From a virus: a stretch of DNA of 64,000 nucleotides. Where the stretch lies: the IMG/VR virus record IMGVR_UViG_3300029309_000013, positions 1 to 64,000 of that record; one strand, written 5' to 3'. Positions 6,135 through 14,008 of the stretch are shown here, in pieces (within the stretch, counting starts at the first letter, position 1; the number at the start of each line of letters is the position of its first letter). Both the position numbers and the translations under genes were made by a program. Below the pieces are notes generated by a model. That model searched no databases. It was not told where the DNA came from and was given only the letters and a program-made list of their open reading frames with translations.

Positions 6135-6358
6135 ACCCGAGCGGCTCGACATTGTAGCGACAGCCGAAACAAAACAAAACGAAACAGCAGCGTGGGGGGT
6201 CCTCCCCCTGCCCCCCGTCGGGGCGGTCAGATATTGTCCGAAATAAGTACTTGACAAGGGCGGCGCGCGCAATAAGCGAAGCGGGGTACATTCAATACGG
6301 CTACAAAATTTCCGAGATTTTTGGTTTTTAACTCATTTGAGTTAAGAGCCTTTTTTTG
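6135..6358. other. Palindrome/hairpin cluster at the compositional boundary (possible terminal-repeat end, pac site or injection-stop signal)
   Basis: CGAG-cgg-CTCG, G6-tcct-C5, GCCCC-ccgtc-GGGGC, AAAATTTCCGAGATTTT, TTAACTCA-tt-TGAGTTAA. Confidence 0.45.
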
Positions 6359-6425
6359 TGTTATAATTTACTATTTAATGCAGCAATGCCCTAAAAATTG
6401 CGGGAAAAAATTTTGGAGATTTAAC

Positions 6426-7430
6426 ATGAACATAACGAAAGAAAACCTTGTATCGATTATTAAAGAAGAGCTAGATAACGTACTGTCGGAACAAGAACCC
6501 ACGATTGATGAAAAGTGGGAGACTTACAGAGCAACAAGAACCCGTGAATGGGAAAATGCTATTGTTAAATCATTATTTGGAGATAATGAGCCAAGCAAAA
6601 GAGTATATGGCTATCCAGAAAGTCAAGACTTTCGCCAAGGCACTAAAAAAATTAGTGGTATGTTTTTTAATAAATTTGCGAGAGAGCGTTTTGCTAAAGA
6701 ACATGCAGATATTTGGAAGCCAGGATCAAATGATGTAGGATCATATGATGAAGTAAGGAAATTTGTTGTTGATTTAGGGAACGCTTTCTTTACACAAGCT
6801 CAAGTCAACACCCAGGACGGAGCACAACTTACACTTGACCAAGCATCACCGTCGGTAAGAGCAAGCGTTTTGCAATCAAGAGATAATGCCTTAAAGCGAA
6901 GCATAGAAATGATTGATCCACCAAGCAGCGGCACACAAAGCACTAGTGACTCAGGCGATAGAAAGAAAGCCGAGAATGATTACATGAGAGTGTTTAAGTT
7001 TTGGAACGGGGAAGATGAAACCATCAGCAAAATTGGCGGCAATGCTCCGCAGCCGATCACAGCTATCATTAAAGGAGCTTTTGACGTAGAAGACGAGGAT
7101 GCAAAACAAATTGGCTTTACGATATTGAACACTTTGGTTGCGAAAACAAAACCGACATTTAAGGACGGCAGCAGATATTCAGGCGAAAGATTTGGACAAA
7201 GCGATTTCATGAGAATGTTGGCCGACTTTGTGACCGGCGACGTTACTATCGGAAAAGCCGAAGAGCTTGAATGGAAAGAAGGTGAGTTTGAGAAGTACGT
7301 ATTGGGTGTGCTAAATAATATTGCCGACAGAAATCCGGAGCTACAAAAGCGCCGCAAGCAACAACAGGAACCGGAAGCAGAACGACCAAGTTTAAGACAA
7401 AGGTTCAGTAGGTTCTTAGGTAGATCATGA
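6426..7430 (+). CDS. Putative virion internal (head-packaged) protein
   Basis: GGAG RBS; N-terminal MNITKENLVSIIKEEL..LSE motif shared with other ORFs here. Confidence 0.6.
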   Translation: MNITKENLVSIIKEELDNVLSEQEPTIDEKWETYRATRTREWENAIVKSLFGDNEPSKRVYGYPESQDFRQGTKKISGMFFNKFARERFAKEHADIWKPGSNDVGSYDEVRKFVVDLGNAFFTQAQVNTQDGAQLTLDQASPSVRASVLQSRDNALKRSIEMIDPPSSGTQSTSDSGDRKKAENDYMRVFKFWNGEDETISKIGGNAPQPITAIIKGAFDVEDEDAKQIGFTILNTLVAKTKPTFKDGSRYSGERFGQSDFMRMLADFVTGDVTIGKAEELEWKEGEFEKYVLGVLNNIADRNPELQKRRKQQQEPEAERPSLRQRFSRFLGRS

Positions 7431-7504
7431 TTGTTGTACAAGAAGTATATTGTGATGTATGCGGTTGCACTCCGTGCGATTGCCTATGGGGCACCGATGA
7501 GTGA
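7427..7504 (+). CDS. 25-aa Cys-rich microprotein (MIVVQEVYCDVCGCTPCDCLWGTDE)
   Basis: ATGA overlap with the upstream stop, AGGT RBS, 5 Cys. Confidence 0.55.
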   Translation: MIVVQEVYCDVCGCTPCDCLWGTDE

Positions 7505-7544
7505 GCGTTATCACAAAACTCGAGTTTTTTGACAATTGTGCAAC

Positions 7545-7574
7545 AGCCCTCCTATTTATTCAGGAGGGTTTTTT
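7545..7574 (+). terminator. Intrinsic terminator / RBS-sequestering hairpin containing the late motif
   Basis: AGCCCTCCT-atttattc-AGGAGGGTT followed by a T-tract. Confidence 0.65.
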
Positions 7575-9137
7575 ATGTTGTGGTTATTTCTAGCTTTTAT
7601 TTCTTGTACGGATTATGGGGTCACTGCTGTTAAGTTAAGAGAACAAGATGTTCTTGCTTATCCCGATCATATAAATTTCGGGCACCTCATTGCTGGTGAC
7701 GAAAGTGACTCGGATAGCTTCGCCGTTATTAATACTGGTGATGAAGTGCTTACCGTGTATAGTGTGGATTTGATTTCAGGAAATAATCGTTTTGGCTTAA
7801 CTGGGCCTGAAGAAGATCGTTATATCATTGAGCCAGGAGAACACATCAGTTTCGATGTCGATTATACTCCTCAGACATTTGAGTCAAACGGTGCTTATGT
7901 TGAGATCACCTCTGATGACCCTGACGAACCAAAGGTTCGGGTCCATCTTGAGGGATATGGAGATGCTCCCGTTATTTCTGTTACACCAGAGGTAACCGAC
8001 TATGGAGATATATCTATCGGCTGTGATAACGAAGAAAGAATAACGATTCGCAACGAAGGCAATATGGATCTTGTTGTTAATGACGTTACCCAACTTGTTA
8101 CTCAACCTGTAGAGATCGTTATGGAGTTTGGTTCTCTTCCGCCTCCGCCTTGGACAATTCCTCCTAATCAAGAGTTAGATTTTCTTGTTTCTTATGTTCC
8201 TTTGGATATTGGTAGTGATCGGTCCGAGATTGAGATTGATTCTAACGATCCAACCAACGGACTTGTGCTTGTTACTCAAGAGGGACACGGCGATATTGAA
8301 CAATGGCACGTTGAAAACTGGGAGCAAGAGGATGTTCCTATCTTGGATATCTTGTGGGTTATCGATGATTCTGGTTCGATGTATCCATTTCAAAATGCTA
8401 TTGGTGTAAATGTCTCTGCTTTCTTTACAAATTTTTTAGCGTCTGCGCCTGACTATCACATGGCTGTTATTACTACGACTAGTCCTCACTTTGTTAACCA
8501 TACTTGGATTGATCAATATACGGTCTATCCTGCCCTTGAGCTTTCGCAAATGGTTACCGTGGGTATTATGGGCGCCGGTATGGAAAAGGGCCTTGAAATG
8601 GCCGCCTTGAGCCTCGCAAGCACTACGGCTGCTGGTCCCGGAGGATTATTTTTTAGGGACGAAGCTGCGCTGGTAGTAATTTGGGTCTCGGATGAGCCTG
8701 ATTGGTCCTCTAACACCTGGAGTTATTACGCCAACTTCTTTTCTAACTTGAAAGATCCCGGTATGTTTTATCCAATTGGTATTATTGGTGATGTTCCTGG
8801 TGGATGTGTATACAACTCTCCTCACGGTATTAGAAATGCACAAGCTGGTGCTGGATATTATGAACTTATAAATTATTTTTACGGTGATGTTTATTCAATA
8901 TGCGCTCAAGATTGGGGTAACCAAATGCAACGAGTGGCGAATAGTGTTGTTAATCGTATTTCATTCCGTCTAGCAAACGCTGATGTTATGGAATCATCCA
9001 TTGAAGTTAGAGTAAACGGACAAATTGTGACCGATTGGACTTTTGACGTTAATGCAAACGCCGTTAAGTTTGATCAAGGCGCTGTCCCAGATGCTGGTAA
9101 CACTATTGAAATCTCATATGCTACTTGGGGTTGCTAA
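7575..9137 (+). CDS. Lipoprotein with two Ig-like (choice-of-anchor D/ASH-type) repeats and a vWA-like domain
   Basis: Hydrophobic signal plus FISC lipobox-like Cys; two xFGx...NxG...SxDPxxP repeats; MIDAS-like DILWVIDDSGSM; VSDEPD. Confidence 0.8.
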   Translation: MLWLFLAFISCTDYGVTAVKLREQDVLAYPDHINFGHLIAGDESDSDSFAVINTGDEVLTVYSVDLISGNNRFGLTGPEEDRYIIEPGEHISFDVDYTPQTFESNGAYVEITSDDPDEPKVRVHLEGYGDAPVISVTPEVTDYGDISIGCDNEERITIRNEGNMDLVVNDVTQLVTQPVEIVMEFGSLPPPPWTIPPNQELDFLVSYVPLDIGSDRSEIEIDSNDPTNGLVLVTQEGHGDIEQWHVENWEQEDVPILDILWVIDDSGSMYPFQNAIGVNVSAFFTNFLASAPDYHMAVITTTSPHFVNHTWIDQYTVYPALELSQMVTVGIMGAGMEKGLEMAALSLASTTAAGPGGLFFRDEAALVVIWVSDEPDWSSNTWSYYANFFSNLKDPGMFYPIGIIGDVPGGCVYNSPHGIRNAQAGAGYYELINYFYGDVYSICAQDWGNQMQRVANSVVNRISFRLANADVMESSIEVRVNGQIVTDWTFDVNANAVKFDQGAVPDAGNTIEISYATWGC

Positions 9138-9174
9138 TATTGTTCGCAACTATTTAGCTTGAGGAACTTTTACC

Positions 9175-9522
9175 ATGATTACTTTTGTAGCACCTAAATT
9201 TTTGGCCGCGATTTCTATTTTTATTAACATTGGAGACATTACTCTTTGGCCTTTTGTTATTACACGCGAACCAATGGATCAGATTACAAAAAATCACAAA
9301 CGAATTCAGTTAAAGCAACAGGAAGAACTTTTAATTTTTGGATTTTACGCTCTGTATATATATTATTGGTTCAAAGGAATGAAAAAATACAAAGGATCCA
9401 AGAGACAAAGGATGCTAGCCTATCGAAACATTCCTTTTGTTAGAGAGGCTTATCAACACCAAATGAGTGATATCTACACTATGAGAAGAAAATCCTACGC
9501 TTGGTGGGAATATAGAAAATGA
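9175..9522 (+). CDS. Conserved small membrane protein, degenerate zincin-like
   Basis: ITLWPF...NHKRIQ..QQxE...AYRNIPFVREAY resembles the ITLxPF..HExIH..FEREAY family. Confidence 0.6.
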   Translation: MITFVAPKFLAAISIFINIGDITLWPFVITREPMDQITKNHKRIQLKQQEELLIFGFYALYIYYWFKGMKKYKGSKRQRMLAYRNIPFVREAYQHQMSDIYTMRRKSYAWWEYRK

Positions 9523-11855
9523 GCAACTATAATGATAACTGGAAACAGTTTTTAAATGAAATGTATTCAACCTCTGCAACTAAGCAGGATGGTATGGGTC
9601 TTCCAACAGTATCAGCCGAGGAAGAATTTGAAGGATACAAAGAAAGAGCGCAACACTCATCTGATAATAGGCCTGCGTTACAGAATGTTAGCGAAGAAGA
9701 TGCTATAGAAGAAAAGAAAAAGAAGCGAGATTGCTTTAAAAACAAAACATTCAGTGGAAAAGTACGTTGCACCATCAGGAAAAAAAATATTTCTAAGAAA
9801 CGGGCCTCTGCTTATGTTGCCTCTGTCCTCAGAGATATGGGTGAACTGGATGAAGCTGACTCTTATCACTGGAATGAACCTAGCTGGCATTACGATGGTG
9901 GATATGGAGACCCAGAGGGTCCTGACTCTAAGTGGTATCTTGGCGAAGAAGAACTGGAAGAAAAGAAAAATCGTAAAGGAGCAAGTTCATCATATTGCAA
10001 AAAAACTCCTTGTAAAGATATGGGCTTTACTCAAAAAGCCAGTTGTAAGTCTCAAGGCATAAAAGACTGCTATAGAGGGAAGAAAAATGAATCTAAAGAG
10101 AAAAAGTCTAAAATAGACTTAATGCTACCCAGAGGTAAGAAAGTTGTTCTAAAAGCAGAAGATAAAGATTATGATCGTGGTTTAGTTGTTAAACTACTTG
10201 ATGATGGCGGTTATGATGTTTATTACTGGTATGAAAATCCAGATGATATATATCCAGCAGAAATAAAAATTGATGATAAGTTAATCACTAAAGATGGCAA
10301 GGTTGTTCACATAGGTTATCATCCGGAGTTAAAAAATGAGAGAAAAGATCCTAAAGTCGGTACTGGAAAGAAACCTAAAGGCTCTGGAAGGCGACTGTAT
10401 ACGGATGAGGACCCTAGCGACACTGTTTCTGTTGAATTCTCTAGTGTTGCTGCGATTAAAAGAACGCTAGCTAAGTCTAGTTTTAAGTCTAAGTCTCACA
10501 AAAGACAATCTCAGATAATAAATCTTATACATCAAAGAGCCAGAGCTGCTTACAAGAACGCTAAAGACCCTAAAGTTAAGGCAAGACTCAAGAAAGCTTT
10601 TAAATATGCTGAGCGGAGGAAAGAAGCTTCTAAGAAAAAAACAAAAGCAAGACAAAAAAAGAAAAATGAGAGCCTCCGACGCATCATTCAGGAAGAACTT
10701 AACGTTGTAAGGTTAGAAAAACTGATTAATGTCTCTGATATGGAGTACTTATCTGCTGGTAGATTTGGAAGCGTGTTTACGGCAACACACCCAGAGTATG
10801 GTAACATAGCTCTAAAGGTTCTTAGTTTAGATTCTGGTAAGTCTGATAGTGATTTTGCTGGTGCAGATCCTGTTAAAGTAAGACAAGAGATCAGTAATTA
10901 CGAAAATGTTGGTATTGCTGTCGATTCAAATGATCAAGTTGCTAAACATTTTCCAAAAATTTATGATGTTGGTATGAAAAGAGATGGTGATGATGTAATT
11001 GGTTATGTTATTATGGAACTTATTAAGCCAAGCCCTTATTCACAGGAAATAATTAATACATTATTCTCTGGTGTGGAAAGAATAGCAAGAATTGAGAATG
11101 AAGACTGGTGGACACCTGACCCAATAGGACCTGAGGGTGAATTATATGGTAAAGAATTGTCCATAGACAGAAAAACAGAAAATATTTTTCTTTATGACCA
11201 AGAATCTGTTAAAGGTATGATAAAAGAACTATGGGATCAAATCAAAACAGAACTTGATTGGAGCAACATGGACGAAGATCAGTTAAGTTCCTTGATTCAA
11301 GCTGGATCTGAAGACATAACAAAGATTACCGAAACAATACATGGTTTGTTTCGCAATTACTTTACAAATATTGAAGCAATTTCTGATTCTGCTATTGAAT
11401 CAAGGTATAATCAAGCAAGAAATATGGTATTGAGCGCATCTTCTACGGCAAGTTCTAAGTTAAACAACCTACAATCAATAATTGACTCTGATTATGGTAG
11501 TCGTCCTGTTGCGAAACTTGGCGTCATGGCTGTTACGGCAGCAATACTTGAGTTCTTAAAGAGATTTCCACTAAAAGATAGTTTTGATTATTTCTTGCCG
11601 GGCTGGTTACAAGATGCAATTACCTATCCTAAAATGTTTGAAGTTATTCCTGCGCATTATTATTCAAGTAGCCTTAAGGATGTCCGAAAAGATATACCTG
11701 AAGCTGCTGTATCGCTAGAAAAATCCTTCAAAGCACTAAAAGATGAGGTTGGTCTTGTACCGAGAGACCTTCACTCTTTAAATGTTATGGTTAAAGACGA
11801 TACAGGTGGTATAGTTATAGTTGATGTTGGTAGTTTTCAAGAAGTTAAAGGTTAA
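9519..11855 (+). CDS. Mosaic protein: Lys/Cys-rich modules, GTGKKPKGSGRRLYTDE module and C-terminal protein-kinase-like domain
   Basis: LSAGRFGSVF (Gly loop), IALKV, VIMELI, RDLHSLNVM (catalytic loop), DVG. Confidence 0.75.
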   Translation: MSNYNDNWKQFLNEMYSTSATKQDGMGLPTVSAEEEFEGYKERAQHSSDNRPALQNVSEEDAIEEKKKKRDCFKNKTFSGKVRCTIRKKNISKKRASAYVASVLRDMGELDEADSYHWNEPSWHYDGGYGDPEGPDSKWYLGEEELEEKKNRKGASSSYCKKTPCKDMGFTQKASCKSQGIKDCYRGKKNESKEKKSKIDLMLPRGKKVVLKAEDKDYDRGLVVKLLDDGGYDVYYWYENPDDIYPAEIKIDDKLITKDGKVVHIGYHPELKNERKDPKVGTGKKPKGSGRRLYTDEDPSDTVSVEFSSVAAIKRTLAKSSFKSKSHKRQSQIINLIHQRARAAYKNAKDPKVKARLKKAFKYAERRKEASKKKTKARQKKKNESLRRIIQEELNVVRLEKLINVSDMEYLSAGRFGSVFTATHPEYGNIALKVLSLDSGKSDSDFAGADPVKVRQEISNYENVGIAVDSNDQVAKHFPKIYDVGMKRDGDDVIGYVIMELIKPSPYSQEIINTLFSGVERIARIENEDWWTPDPIGPEGELYGKELSIDRKTENIFLYDQESVKGMIKELWDQIKTELDWSNMDEDQLSSLIQAGSEDITKITETIHGLFRNYFTNIEAISDSAIESRYNQARNMVLSASSTASSKLNNLQSIIDSDYGSRPVAKLGVMAVTAAILEFLKRFPLKDSFDYFLPGWLQDAITYPKMFEVIPAHYYSSSLKDVRKDIPEAAVSLEKSFKALKDEVGLVPRDLHSLNVMVKDDTGGIVIVDVGSFQEVKG

Positions 11856-11860
11856 ATGAC

Positions 11861-11889
11861 TTGACGTTATAACTTAATTGTGTTATATT
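11861..11889 (+). promoter_or_regulatory. sigma70-type promoter
   Basis: TTGACG-17bp-TGtTATATT. Confidence 0.7.
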
Positions 11890-11909
11890 AATATAAAGGT
11901 GATAAATTT

Positions 11910-13148
11910 ATGAAAGATCTGTTAAACAAAATTAGCTTACTTAGAGAAAATAAGAACGGTAAAGTGATTACTTTTGATTTTGATAACACAATTGTCTTCT
12001 CTCATGTAAATCATGACGACGAAGGTGGGCTAGCATATGCCCAGGGTGGCTTAAATCACTACATAATCGACCTAATTAAGAGTGTTAAGGCAAAGGGCTA
12101 CACTGTTTTTATCGTTACTGCACGGCAATCCTCGCTTGAACAAGGCGATTCATCTGTTCAAAGCTTCGTTGATAAGTTAAAACTACCAGTGGATGGTGTT
12201 TTCTTCACTAATGGTGAGCCAAAAGCAAGAAAACTGTATGAATTAGGGTCTACTATACACTACGATGATGACCCAAAGGAGCATGAAGCGGTGGTTGCGT
12301 TCCGACAACTACACCCAGACTTCAATATGTCGATAAAATACCCAGATGAGAACCTAAAAGATACTGATGAGGTCGCTAAAGGTATGATTATAACCCTAGA
12401 TGGAAGATATATTATACTAAAAAGGGCTGATACTGGTGAGTGGGATGCTCCCGGTGGTCACTCAAGGCAAGGTGAGACCCCGAATTATGCTTTTTTTAGA
12501 GAAGTAAGGGAGGAAACTGGTCTAAGTCTAGTCAGAGCAGAGTATCTAGAGACTAGATCTGTTGCATTTAACGGTAAAGATGAAGAGATACACTACTTTA
12601 TTGGTCATATCAACAATGATTTTGACGATTTACACAAAATAATCCAACTAGATCAAGAAAATGTTGAGTATTTTGTTGGAGATATAGTAGAAATCATTGA
12701 TAAATGTAAAGAAGGCTGTACAAGGATTGTTAAAGACCTTATTGATATGGTTGATGACGATCAAATAGTCAGAGAAGTAAAGAGTTTTCAAAGCAAAATG
12801 AAGAGTGGTCACCAAAAAGGAAAGAAAAAACTCATTGGGCTTGGCGGAAGCAAGACAACGGGTGCTGATGGGCTTAAAAGAGTCAAAGATTTTACCAGAT
12901 CTAAGTCTCCCCCTGCTGGATTTGGTGTTTTAGAGGAAGAAGATGAACAAAAACGAAAGATTAAAGTTAAAATTCTATCACGAGTTGAGGAAAAAAGAAA
13001 AAAGAAGAAGAAAAAGAAGAAAAAATCTTCAAAACCAAGAAGACAAGCTTACTACGGCGGCTTTTTCCCCTACGGAGGCACTTCAACACAAGATTCAAGC
13101 TCTGGAAGTGGCGATGCAGGAGGAGATGGAGGCGGTGGCGGTGAGTAA
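11910..13148 (+). CDS. HAD-family phosphatase / Nudix hydrolase fusion with basic and Gly-rich tail
   Basis: FDFDNT, IVTAR, HYDDD; Nudix box GGx5ETx6REVREETG. Confidence 0.85.
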   Translation: MKDLLNKISLLRENKNGKVITFDFDNTIVFSHVNHDDEGGLAYAQGGLNHYIIDLIKSVKAKGYTVFIVTARQSSLEQGDSSVQSFVDKLKLPVDGVFFTNGEPKARKLYELGSTIHYDDDPKEHEAVVAFRQLHPDFNMSIKYPDENLKDTDEVAKGMIITLDGRYIILKRADTGEWDAPGGHSRQGETPNYAFFREVREETGLSLVRAEYLETRSVAFNGKDEEIHYFIGHINNDFDDLHKIIQLDQENVEYFVGDIVEIIDKCKEGCTRIVKDLIDMVDDDQIVREVKSFQSKMKSGHQKGKKKLIGLGGSKTTGADGLKRVKDFTRSKSPPAGFGVLEEEDEQKRKIKVKILSRVEEKRKKKKKKKKKSSKPRRQAYYGGFFPYGGTSTQDSSSGSGDAGGDGGGGGE

Positions 13149-13470
13149 AAAGTCTCCTACTAGCAAAAAACTCTTAGAAACAGCCTATAAGAACCCTATG
13201 ATCATGGCTGAGAGACTCCAGTTACTAATAAGGAGTGAAAAAGGAGAACTTTTAGAGCCAGTAATGTTTAAAGGTGAGGGTTATGGCTCATATTACTCAC
13301 AATCAGACAAAAAATTCCTAAAAGTGGCCAGAAAATCAGCTCATTACTTAATTCCTTGGCGTGACCCAAAGGATGAGGATGCTAGATTCGTATATACACA
13401 CCATATTGCACACGTTGGGGTCATTTTAAGAGTAAATAAGGATGATTTTTACAAAATTGGCTTCAATTGA
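13141..13470 (+). CDS. Hypothetical protein (~109 aa, GTG start)
   Basis: GTG overlapping the upstream stop, GGAGG upstream. Confidence 0.6.
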   Translation: MSKKSPTSKKLLETAYKNPMIMAERLQLLIRSEKGELLEPVMFKGEGYGSYYSQSDKKFLKVARKSAHYLIPWRDPKDEDARFVYTHHIAHVGVILRVNKDDFYKIGFN

Positions 13471-13477
13471 GGGAAAA

Positions 13478-13606
13478 ATGGAAGAAAAATTTGTTTATTT
13501 TTTTAAAATCTCTGTATTATTCCTGATTACAATGCTATTTTATGCTTTTTTTGGTGCTGAATTTACTTCTTTGTGTCTTTTGTTCTATCTTGCCTTTGGA
13601 AAATGA
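13478..13606 (+). CDS. 42-aa membrane microprotein (MEEKFVYFFKISVLFLITMLFYAFFGAEF...)
   Basis: GAGGG RBS; hydrophobic. Confidence 0.55.
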   Translation: MEEKFVYFFKISVLFLITMLFYAFFGAEFTSLCLLFYLAFGK

Positions 13607-13738
13607 TAAATATAACACAAATTATCTTAAATTTTAACTAAATTATACAAAATATTAGCCATATATTACTTGAAAACATCAATATTGTTACAAAATAACT
13701 CATTTTAAGCTAATTATTATAGCATAAATGACTTAAAA

Positions 13739-14005
13739 ATGAAACAATTTAGACCAACAAAAGGCCTTGGGTGGTCCATAGCAGCAGGTTATGATGTAGG
13801 AGAATTGGTTACTTGGTGCGATTTTGTAGCCACCAAGGCCGGTGGATGGGGCAAAGAATACAAAAATGGCGTCATAACAGACATAATATCATACAATGCA
13901 GGCACTAGAAACGTATTTGTAGCTGTTGTTATACCATTTGGTCAATCAGAAGCTATTGAGGTTAGTGTCTTTAGGTTGCGTAAATTAAAAACGAAGACTA
14001 ATTAG
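13739..14005 (+). CDS. Small SH3-like hypothetical protein
   Basis: YDVGELV...GVI pattern; CTAATTA upstream. Confidence 0.6.
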   Translation: MKQFRPTKGLGWSIAAGYDVGELVTWCDFVATKAGGWGKEYKNGVITDIISYNAGTRNVFVAVVIPFGQSEAIEVSVFRLRKLKTKTN

Positions 14006-14008
14006 TGT

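Noticed and set aside
6251-6292. Thirteenth early promoter at TTGACA 6251
   Set aside because: No -10 box at 16-18 bp; the TACATT lies about 30 bp away and the A/T upstream tract is missing
1-6306. GATC or GC-palindrome avoidance in the early region
   Set aside because: GATC (e.g. 426, 941, 1338), GGCC, CCGG, GCGC and CTAG are all present; only AATT and TTAA are missing
3698-6425. Upstream starts 3698, 4833 and 6321 given by the ORF track (likewise 2276, 7536, 12943, 33914, 34177, 46055)
   Set aside because: The extensions run through promoters, hairpins or other genes; RBS- or coupling-supported starts lie downstream
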